Source: an uncultured Gammaproteobacteria bacterium (lineage in GTDB: Bacteria > Pseudomonadota > Gammaproteobacteria > HyVt-429). From it: a stretch of 64,000 nt of DNA. The notes under the pieces were generated by a model. The model did no database searches. It was not told the DNA's origin and was given only the letters and a program-made list of their open reading frames with translations. A program made the position numbers and the translations under genes. Of this stretch, positions 29,966 to 37,193 are shown in pieces; the stretch's first letter is position 1, and each line of letters begins with the position of its first letter. The stretch spans positions 12,997 through 76,996 of the forward strand of contig CAMYOD010000039.1 in NCBI GenBank assembly GCA_947259975.1, in the 5' to 3' direction.

Positions 29966-31789
29966 ATGAGTTTGCGCCCAACCCAAACCCGTTGGTTCGA
30001 AATCCTCACCAGTCGTGATCGCACCGTGTGGGCTCTCGACGCGCTGGCGCACAGCGGTCTGGTGCAGCTCGAAATCGATCCGCGCGCCCTGGAGCGGGTC
30101 GAGCCGGCGGAGCTGCGCCTGCGCCTGCTCGCCCACGACGAGACCGCGAAGCGTTACCAGGCCGTATGGCCGGAGATCGAACCGGGACCGCAGCCGCTCA
30201 AGCGTGCACCGGAGCAACTGCTGGACAATGCGTTGAAGTCAATTGCCGTGTGGGAGCGGGAGGCTGCAACCCTGGTCGAACAACTACAGTCCGCGCGCGT
30301 GCAACACAACAATCTGCAATTGCTGCGCGAGCTGGTGACGGCCGTGGACGAACAAGAGTTGGATCTCGGTTTGTTCTCCTCGCGTGGCGGTCCGATCGCC
30401 GTTGTTTTTTATGCGGTCGTGCCGGAACGGGTGCCGCGCAGAATCCCCGAGGGCGTAATCACCCGCGAATATCGAACGCCGCACCGCAGTTTCTTTCTCG
30501 CCATGGGCGAGTCGGTGCCCATCCTGCGACTCGAGGCTGAGCTGGCGGCCAAGCATGCGCAACGCCTGCAGCTGCCGGTGTGGCTGGGGCGCGACCGGCC
30601 GGCGAATCTCGCACGCATCAATGCGGACGCCGCGAGGCTGCGTGAGGAAATGAGTTCGCTCGACGCGCGCCTGGACGACATTAATGATAAGCATCGTCTG
30701 ACGGACGCCCTGCGCGACATCGCCCTGGTGCGCTGGTACGTGGAGCAGGCGGGGCAGCTCAGCTACAAAGAACGTTTCTGCCGCATCACCGGTTGGACCA
30801 CGGATCTCGACGGCGCGGAACTCAAGACGGTATTGGCCGCGGCGGGTCTGCGCGGGCGGCTGCGGTTTCCGCCCCCACCATCACGCCAGGTGGCGCCGGG
30901 GCGCATGCGTAACCCGCGCTGGGCGCGCCCGTTTGAGTTCCTCACCGGCCTGTTCGGGCAACCGAGTGGCGCCGAGGTGGATCCGAGCCGGCTGCTGGTG
31001 TTCATCACCCCGTTGCTGTTCGGCTATATGTTCCCGGATGTGGTCCACGGTGTTTTGATCGCGCTGGCCGGGCTGTTGCTGGCGCGGCGCTGGCCGCAGG
31101 CGCAGCTGCTCGTGCCCTGCGGCGCCGCCGCGGTGGTCTTCGGTTTCGTCTTTGGTGACGTGTTGGGTCTGCCCGGCATCATCGCGCCGTTGTGGGTGAA
31201 GCCGCTGGATGAACCGATCCTGATTCTGTTGGTGCCGGTGGCCGCGGGTGCGCTGTTGCTGCTGTTCGGACTGCTTCTGGGTGGTTTGCAGGCAAGATGG
31301 CGCGGTCAGCTCGGCGCGTGGATGCTGCTCGATGCGCCCATCATGCTGTTATTCGCAGGCCTGTTTGCGGGCATCGTTTATCGGCCGGCGTTGCTGGTCG
31401 CGGCCGTGGCCGTGTTGTGGTACGTGCTCGGCAGTCTTTATGCCGCGGCCGCGGGGCACATCGACAGCCTGCTCGCGGCGCTCGGTCATTGGATCGAACG
31501 CCTGGCGCAACTGCTCGTGAACACCGTGTCGTTCGTGCGTGTCGGCGCATTTGCCCTCGCCCATGCCGGCCTGTCCGGTGCCATCATCGCGTTGGCCGAG
31601 ATGACGGAGCATCGCATCAGCTACGTCCTGGTCATGCTCATCGGCACCGTCATCACGCTGGTGCTGGAAGGCCTGGTGGTGATGGTGCAGGCGATCCGCC
31701 TGATCTTTTTTGAGTTCTTTCTGCGCTTCCTGCACGCGGAAGGGCGCGAGTTCAAGCCCCTCAAGGCCTCCGGACGGCGCGACACATGA
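29966..31789 (+). CDS. V/A-type ATPase subunit I (a-subunit, 116-kDa family) homolog, orphan
   Basis: 607 aa. The N-terminus MSLRPTQTRWFEILTSRDRTVWALDALAHSGLVQLE parallels the NtpI start. The central motif NPRWARPFEFLTGLFGQPSGAEVDPSRLLVFITPLLFGYMFPDVVHG matches the V-type subunit I pattern NP..vkPFE.lt.mYG.P.Y.EIDPT…P.lFG.MFGD.GHG. C-terminal TM helix SFVRVGAFALAHAGLSGAI matches the SYLRLWALSLAHAQLS helix that carries the essential Arg. No other V/A-ATPase subunits are present in the window. Confidence 0.8.
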   Translation: MSLRPTQTRWFEILTSRDRTVWALDALAHSGLVQLEIDPRALERVEPAELRLRLLAHDETAKRYQAVWPEIEPGPQPLKRAPEQLLDNALKSIAVWEREAATLVEQLQSARVQHNNLQLLRELVTAVDEQELDLGLFSSRGGPIAVVFYAVVPERVPRRIPEGVITREYRTPHRSFFLAMGESVPILRLEAELAAKHAQRLQLPVWLGRDRPANLARINADAARLREEMSSLDARLDDINDKHRLTDALRDIALVRWYVEQAGQLSYKERFCRITGWTTDLDGAELKTVLAAAGLRGRLRFPPPPSRQVAPGRMRNPRWARPFEFLTGLFGQPSGAEVDPSRLLVFITPLLFGYMFPDVVHGVLIALAGLLLARRWPQAQLLVPCGAAAVVFGFVFGDVLGLPGIIAPLWVKPLDEPILILLVPVAAGALLLLFGLLLGGLQARWRGQLGAWMLLDAPIMLLFAGLFAGIVYRPALLVAAVAVLWYVLGSLYAAAAGHIDSLLAALGHWIERLAQLLVNTVSFVRVGAFALAHAGLSGAIIALAEMTEHRISYVLVMLIGTVITLVLEGLVVMVQAIRLIFFEFFLRFLHAEGREFKPLKASGRRDT

Positions 31790-32397
31790 GCGCGATGCAC
31801 GACCGGCGATGGTTAGTCGCGTTGCTCGTGATCTTCGCGGCCCTGGCGGTGGCAATAGCGTACGGTGTTACCCCTGGGTTCGACGCGGCGCTGTTGAATA
31901 ATCTGGCCATGCGGCAAAGCGATGCCGGGGATCGGGCGTTTGGCCTGCTGACGCCGCTGGGCTCGCTGCGCGTCCTCGTCCCCATGGCTATCCTCGTCAT
32001 CGCCATCGTATTGCTGCGGCGGCACGTGCGCGACGCGGTTTTCTTCGCCTTGGCGTTCGGTGGCGCGAGCCTTGCCAACACCTTTATCAAATTGTTAGTC
32101 GCACGCCCACGACCACACGAGTTCGATGCGCTGGTCGCGGCGGGGGGTTATGCCTTCCCCAGCGGTCATGTCACACAGATCGCCGCGTTTGCATTCGCGC
32201 TCTACCTGCTCGCTGCGCGCACGGGCGCGGTATGGCGTTGGCCGGCGGGGTTACTGCTGATGGGGCTGGTCGCCGTGGTCGCGACCTCACGGATCTATCT
32301 GCAGGTGCACTATCCGACGGATGTCATCGGTAGCCTGCTGTTCGCGGGGTTCTGGGTGCTCGCGGCACGGCACGCGGCGAACCGACTGTTTGACTAG
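31786..32397 (+). CDS. PAP2 family phosphatase (phosphatidic acid / undecaprenyl-PP phosphatase-like)
   Basis: Motifs KLLVARPRP, PSGH and SRIYLQVHYPTDV with 6 TM segments. The start ATG overlaps the stop of the subunit-I homolog (ATGA). Confidence 0.85.
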   Translation: MSAMHDRRWLVALLVIFAALAVAIAYGVTPGFDAALLNNLAMRQSDAGDRAFGLLTPLGSLRVLVPMAILVIAIVLLRRHVRDAVFFALAFGGASLANTFIKLLVARPRPHEFDALVAAGGYAFPSGHVTQIAAFAFALYLLAARTGAVWRWPAGLLLMGLVAVVATSRIYLQVHYPTDVIGSLLFAGFWVLAARHAANRLFD

Positions 32398-32900
32398 CCG
32401 CGTGACGGGGTGTCGGTGTGGCGCAGGATCTGATACAGCACCAGCACGACCAGGGCGACGAACACCAACAGGGTCTGTTCGGGGATGGTGAGCCCAAGGA
32501 AGCGCCACTGAATTTCCGCACACTCCCCCGAGCCGGTGAGAACCATCCTCAAGGTCTCGGCTATGGGGAATGACTCGAGCATGTAGGCGAGGTCGACGCC
32601 GCATTCGGGGACCTGGTCCGCGGGGAGATTCTGTAACCAGATGTGGCGGCTGGCCACGGAAATGCCGAGACTGGCGATAAAAAGATTAAGCACACCGTAG
32701 ACTCGCCGGCCGAAACGGCGCGGGTTATGCAGGGCGGCGACCAGAAAGATCGCGGCCATGCCGATGAGCAGGACCCGGTCAACGACGCACAACGGGCAGG
32801 CCTCGAGGCGGAGCACACCCTCGAGATACATGACCGCGAACACCAGGGCGCCGATGCAGATCAGCAGGCCGGCGAAGTTGATGATGCGCGGACTAGGCAA
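32394..32900 (-). CDS. dsbB: Disulfide bond formation protein B
   Basis: CPLCVVDR and …PECGVDLAY…GSGECAEIQW Cys pairs with 4 TM segments. Start assigned to the in-frame TTG at 32898-32900 with GAAGG 4 nt upstream, because the longer ORF (to 33125) has no ATG before TM1. Confidence 0.75.
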   Translation of the reverse strand: MPSPRIINFAGLLICIGALVFAVMYLEGVLRLEACPLCVVDRVLLIGMAAIFLVAALHNPRRFGRRVYGVLNLFIASLGISVASRHIWLQNLPADQVPECGVDLAYMLESFPIAETLRMVLTGSGECAEIQWRFLGLTIPEQTLLVFVALVVLVLYQILRHTDTPSRG

Positions 32901-33046
32901 CGGGCCTTCGCCCCCTGCGGCCGAGTCGTTTTTTCTGCGGCATATTCTTGTAAACCGAAGGTATCTCGAAGGATTCGAACCGCAGCTATGATTGCATAGA
33001 ACGGCTATGTCGGCCAGGTGGCACAGCGATGACGGGGCATTCGTGC

Positions 33047-33174
33047 TGCGCACCCCCAATCCCGCCCCGCTTAATCTCGCGGGACGTCCTGGTCCCGCTC
33101 GAATCGCGGTCTTTCGCTTCACCATCCCAGTGTCGCGAAAGACCGAACGACGCTTCGCGGGCCTGGGGTGCGCA
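33047..33174. repeat. Structured palindromic intergenic element, family 1, copy A
   Basis: Core ccccgcttaatctc-[hairpin gcgggac/gtcccgc]-tcgaatcgcgg-[hairpin ggtctttcgc…gcgaaagacc]-cgaacgacgc is shared with copies B and C. It is flanked by a perfect 10-bp inverted repeat tgcgcacccc/ggggtgcgca. Confidence 0.6.
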
Positions 33175-33246
33175 GATCATCGCGCAAGGCCGAACGATGT
33201 GCCGCGTGGCTGTCGGCCTCGCCAAGCACCATTCGTTCCGCCGTTG

Positions 33247-33375
33247 GCACCAGCTGGCCATGCGCCCAGCTTAATCTCACGGTACGTCCATGTACCGTTC
33301 GAATCGCGGCCCTGCGCTTTACCGTCCCAGTGTCGCGCAGGGCCGAACGACGCCGGGCGCATGGCCAGCTGGTGC
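33247..33375. repeat. Structured palindromic intergenic element, family 1, copy B
   Basis: Same core as copy A with compensatory stem changes (acggtac/gtaccgt and ggccctgcgc/gcgcagggcc). It is flanked by a perfect 21-bp inverted repeat gcaccagctggccatgcgccc. Confidence 0.6.
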
Positions 33376-33392
33376 TTGAGTGCTTATAAAGC

Positions 33393-33479
33393 AAAAACGG
33401 GGTCGGAGTGAATTTTCCATTCGCGGTACTCGACAAATATGCGAGCTTTCCTGGAAAACTTCACTCCGACCCCGTTTTT
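33393..33479. repeat. MITE-like palindromic element, family 2, copy 1 (27-bp terminal inverted repeats)
   Basis: aaaaacggggtcggagtgaattttcca …35-bp spacer… tggaaaacttcactccgaccccgttttt. It lies 22 bp downstream of the pilU stop. Confidence 0.6.
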
Positions 33480-33500
33480 GAACCAGGCTATTGTTCCGCT

Positions 33501-34709
33501 CTACATCCCGGCGCTGCGTTCGGCGTCGCCATCCCGCGGCCCAAAGCTGGCCTTGCCATCGGATTCGTCTTTGGGCGGTTCCTCTTCGGCCGGTTCGTCT
33601 TCGCCCGCCAGTTTGAGTTCACCGACGACGGCCTTGGGCGTGTCCTTTTTCTTTGCCGACAGGTTTACCTTGAGTTTCAGGTTGTTCGGTGAATCCGCAT
33701 TACGCAGGCCCTCCTCCAGGGTAATACGACCCTCGTTGCAAAGTTTGAGCAAGGCGTTGTCGAAGGTTTGCATGCCGAGGTTTTCGGATTTCTCCATCAC
33801 TTCCTTTACGCCGGCGACATCGCCGCGGCGGATCAAATCGCGCACCAGGGGCGTGCCGAGCAGCACCTCCACCGCCGCGGCGCGTTTGCCGTCGATCGAG
33901 GGGATCAGGCGCTGGGAGATAAACGCCTGCAGATTCAGGGAGAGATCGAGCAGCAACTGATTGCGCCGGTCCTCGGGAAAGAAATTGATAATACGATCCA
34001 GCGCCTGATTGGCGTTGTTGGCATGCAGGGTCGAGATGGCCAGATGGCCGGTCTCGGCGAAGGCGATGGCATGTTCCATGGTTTCGCGGTCGCGAATCTC
34101 GCCGATGAGAATCACGTCCGGCGCCTGGCGCAGGGTGTTCTTGAGGGCGTCCTCATAGGAGTCCGTGTCCATGCCCACCTCCCGTTGATTCACCACCGAC
34201 TTCTTGTGTTCGTGGACGAATTCGATGGGGTCCTCGATGGTAATGATATGTCCGGCGCTGTGACGATTACGGTAGTCGATCAACGACGCGAGTGAGGTGG
34301 ACTTGCCGGAACCGGTCGCGCCGACGAATAACACCAGGCCGCGCTTGATCATGATGACCTTGGACAAGATCGGCGGCAGGCCCAGGGCCGCCATGTCGGG
34401 TATCTCGGTCTTGATGTTGCGCACCACCATGGCGACTTCGTTACGCTGCTTGAAGATATTGACGCGAAACCGACCGACCCCGGGCTCGGAGACGGCCAGA
34501 TTCATTTCCGGCTTGCGGTCGAAGGCGGCGCACTGCTCCGCGTCCATGAGCTGGTAGGCGATGTCGCGCACCCGTCCGTTCGGCATAGCTTCGGCCTCGA
34601 GCGGCGTCATGGCGCCGTGAATCTTCACGCTGGCCGGTGCGCCGGTGGACAGATACAGGTCCGATGCGTCCTTGTGCACCATGAGTACGAGATAGTCCTT
34701 GAATTCCAT
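33501..34709 (-). CDS. pilU: Type IV pilus retraction ATPase PilU/PilT family
   Basis: Start MEFKDYLVLMVHKDASDLYLSTGAP, with GGAGG 9 nt upstream. Walker A GATGSGKST, plus …HLAISTLHANNANQALDRIINFF…, and a roughly 45-aa acidic C-terminal tail. The longer ORF (to 34952) runs through repeat copy 2. Confidence 0.88.
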   Translation of the reverse strand: MEFKDYLVLMVHKDASDLYLSTGAPASVKIHGAMTPLEAEAMPNGRVRDIAYQLMDAEQCAAFDRKPEMNLAVSEPGVGRFRVNIFKQRNEVAMVVRNIKTEIPDMAALGLPPILSKVIMIKRGLVLFVGATGSGKSTSLASLIDYRNRHSAGHIITIEDPIEFVHEHKKSVVNQREVGMDTDSYEDALKNTLRQAPDVILIGEIRDRETMEHAIAFAETGHLAISTLHANNANQALDRIINFFPEDRRNQLLLDLSLNLQAFISQRLIPSIDGKRAAAVEVLLGTPLVRDLIRRGDVAGVKEVMEKSENLGMQTFDNALLKLCNEGRITLEEGLRNADSPNNLKLKVNLSAKKKDTPKAVVGELKLAGEDEPAEEEPPKDESDGKASFGPRDGDAERSAGM

Positions 34710-34794
34710 GATGGCCTCCGCAGGAAAGAGAGTCGACTTAATAAGGTATGTCGGACCCGCGCCCGAATCCTGAAGCCGCGCCGATAGCCGGTCG

Positions 34795-34880
34795 AAAAAT
34801 GGAGTCGGAGTGAAGTTTTCCAACGAATCGGGATACTCGTTGGGAATCGCGAATGGAAAATTCACTCCGACCCCATTTTT
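34795..34880. repeat. MITE-like palindromic element, family 2, copy 2
   Basis: aaaaatggagtcggagtgaagttttcca …nested hairpin ccaacga/tcgttgg… tggaaaattcactccgaccccattttt. It ends 4 bp before the ptrB stop and sits about 85 bp upstream of the pilU start. Confidence 0.6.
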
Positions 34881-34884
34881 CCGC

Positions 34885-36972
34885 CTAGTCGGCCAGGTCG
34901 AAGGCCATGAGCAGAAAGGTGTACTGGTCGGCGATCTCGTACAGGTGCTCATAGCGCCCCGATTTGCCGCCGTGCCCGGCGCCCATGTTGATCTTCATGA
35001 TGAGCAGGTGGTCGTCGGTCTTGGTATGGCGCAGGCGCGCGGTCCACTTGGCCGGCTCCCAATAGGTCACCCGGGGGTCGTTCAGGCCGCCGCTGACGAA
35101 CATGGGCGGGTAGGCCCTGGCCGCGATATTGTCGTAGGGCGAGTAACTCTGGATGTGGCGAAACACCGCCGCGGATTCAATGGGGTTGCCCCACTCCGGC
35201 CACTCGATGGGGGTCAGCGGCAGGCTGTCGTCGAGCATGGTGTTGAGGACATCGACGAAGGGCACGTCCAGCACTGCCGCGCGCCACAATTCGGGGGCCT
35301 GGTTCACCGCCGCGCCCATGAGCTCGCCGCCGGCACTGCCGCCGGAGATGGAGATATTGCCCGCCGTGGCATAGTCCGCCTGAACCAGATACCGTGCCAC
35401 GTCGACGAAATCGTTGAAGGTGTTCTCGCGCTTGTCGAGCTTGCCGTCCTCGTACCACTGGTAGCCGAGCTCGTCGCCGCCGCGGATGTGGGCGATGGCG
35501 TAAGCGAAGCCGCGGTCCAGCAGGCTCAGGCGATGGGTCGAGAAATACGGCGACAGGCCGTGGCCGTAGGCGCCGTAAGCATACAGGTGCAGCGGTGCGC
35601 CGGCGCCCGGCTGGAAATCCTTGCGGTAGACAACGGACACCGGGATGCGCACACCGTCGCGGGCGGTGGCGGTCAGCCGCTCGGTGACATACTGGCTCTT
35701 GTCGTACCCGGAGGGGATTTCCTGTTCCTTACGCAGGCTGAGTTCCCGCTCGGCGACCGTATAGTCGAACACCGACGCCGGCGTGACCATGGACTGGTAA
35801 TCGATGCGTAAATGCGTCTGGCGGTATTCCGGGTTGTTGCCAATCTCGACTTCACACACCGTCTCCGGCAGCTCGATGTAATGTTCGGCACCGACCTTGT
35901 CACGAACGCGCAGTTTGTCCAGGCCGTCGACCCGTTCCTCGATGGCGACGAACTCCTCGAATACTTGCAGGCCGCGGAAATAATGTTGATTCGAGCCCGC
36001 AATCAGTGTCTCCCACGCGGCGTGCTCGATCGCATCCTCCGTCGCCACCGCGATACGAAAGTTCTTGTGCTCGTCGTTGCTACGAATGAAGAACTGTCCC
36101 TGACCGTGATCCACGTAATAGTCGTGTTCGGTCTTGCGCGGTGCCATGCAGCGCAGGGGGACGTCGGGAGCGTTGGCCGGCACGATATACACTTCGGCGG
36201 TGACGTGATCGGCGCTGCGAATCAGGATGAATTCCTCGGAGCTGGACAGCTCGCAATGCACGAAGAAGCTCGGGTCCTGTTCTTCGTAGATCACGGGATC
36301 GTTCGCCGGGTCTGTGCCCAGCCGGTGCAGGCGCACCTGATAGGGGCGCCATTCCTTGTTGACCCGGGTGTACAGGAACGCGCTCGAGTCCGACACCCAG
36401 GTGACCTCGCCGTCGGTTTCCAATACGCGGTCCGTCAGCACCTCGCCGCTGGCGAGATCTTTTAGCTGGATGGTAAAGCGCTCCGCACCATTGGTGTCTG
36501 TCGACCAGGCCATCAGCTGTTCGTTGGGACTTACCGCCAGATCGCGCAGGCGAAAATACTCGCAACCCTCGGCGGCCTGATTTTCATCGAGCAGGACGGT
36601 GGCGGCGCCGGCGGGCAGTGCGCGGCGGGCCCAGGCCGGGTATTGGGCGCCGGCAGGGTAGGCCCATTGATATTCAAAGCCGCCTTTGCGCCAGGGCACG
36701 CTGGCCTCGTCGGTCTTGATGCGGCCCTTGAGTTCCTTGAACAGGGTGTCGGTGAGCGCGGCATGGGGCTGCATGACCGTGGCGAAGTAGGCGTTTTCGG
36801 CTTCGAGGTAGGCGAGCACATCGGCGTCGGTGACCTCCGGATAGCCCTGATCTTTCAACCAGTGCCAGGGATCGGACACGGTAATGCCATGATGTGTGAA
36901 GCGGTGCTCGCGTTTGGCGGCGCGGGGCGGCGCGGGCGACTCAGGCGCCTTGAGAAAGTTCATGAATGGCAT
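34885..36972 (-). CDS. ptrB: Oligopeptidase B (protease II), prolyl oligopeptidase family S9
   Basis: Collinear with E. coli PtrB: …GYGAYGHGLSPYFSTHRLSLLDRGFAYAIAHIRGGDELGYQWYEDGK…GGSAGGELMG…, with the Ser-Asp-His triad region conserved. Start taken at MPFMNF (36970-36972); an alternative ATG lies 9 nt downstream. Confidence 0.88.
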   Translation of the reverse strand: MPFMNFLKAPESPAPPRAAKREHRFTHHGITVSDPWHWLKDQGYPEVTDADVLAYLEAENAYFATVMQPHAALTDTLFKELKGRIKTDEASVPWRKGGFEYQWAYPAGAQYPAWARRALPAGAATVLLDENQAAEGCEYFRLRDLAVSPNEQLMAWSTDTNGAERFTIQLKDLASGEVLTDRVLETDGEVTWVSDSSAFLYTRVNKEWRPYQVRLHRLGTDPANDPVIYEEQDPSFFVHCELSSSEEFILIRSADHVTAEVYIVPANAPDVPLRCMAPRKTEHDYYVDHGQGQFFIRSNDEHKNFRIAVATEDAIEHAAWETLIAGSNQHYFRGLQVFEEFVAIEERVDGLDKLRVRDKVGAEHYIELPETVCEVEIGNNPEYRQTHLRIDYQSMVTPASVFDYTVAERELSLRKEQEIPSGYDKSQYVTERLTATARDGVRIPVSVVYRKDFQPGAGAPLHLYAYGAYGHGLSPYFSTHRLSLLDRGFAYAIAHIRGGDELGYQWYEDGKLDKRENTFNDFVDVARYLVQADYATAGNISISGGSAGGELMGAAVNQAPELWRAAVLDVPFVDVLNTMLDDSLPLTPIEWPEWGNPIESAAVFRHIQSYSPYDNIAARAYPPMFVSGGLNDPRVTYWEPAKWTARLRHTKTDDHLLIMKINMGAGHGGKSGRYEHLYEIADQYTFLLMAFDLAD

Positions 36973-37193
36973 GCACGGATAAATCGAATCGCTTGAACCT
37001 ACCCGAAGTCGTGAGTCCGGCACAAGGCCGAACTCACCCGGGTGTTGCCACGAACAACCGCGCCGCGAGAATCCGGGCGCCGTGTGTGATGTCGCCGGGG
37101 AACTTGTGGACGCGGCCTGCGTTCGCCGGATCTGTGGTGAAAACTGCCGCGCGACGGCACCGATCCGCTAAGGGCGGGCCGGTGATTCTGCGC

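Noticed and set aside
32955-32975. GGATTCGAACC, the reverse complement of a tRNA T-arm GGTTCGAATCC, just upstream of repeat copy A
   Set aside because: Reading the minus strand gives no 5-bp T-stem, no acceptor stem and no CCA-proximal structure. The adjacent CTATG…CATAG hairpin has a 4-nt loop and is not an anticodon arm. This is not a tRNA gene; at most it is a tRNA-derived fragment.
33047-33479. Possible CRISPR array, given the repeated hairpin elements and a Cas2-fold vapD elsewhere in the window
   Set aside because: The repeats are about 130 bp and 87 bp, not 24-48 bp. They are not separated by regular unique spacers, differ in sequence between copies, and no cas genes are adjacent.
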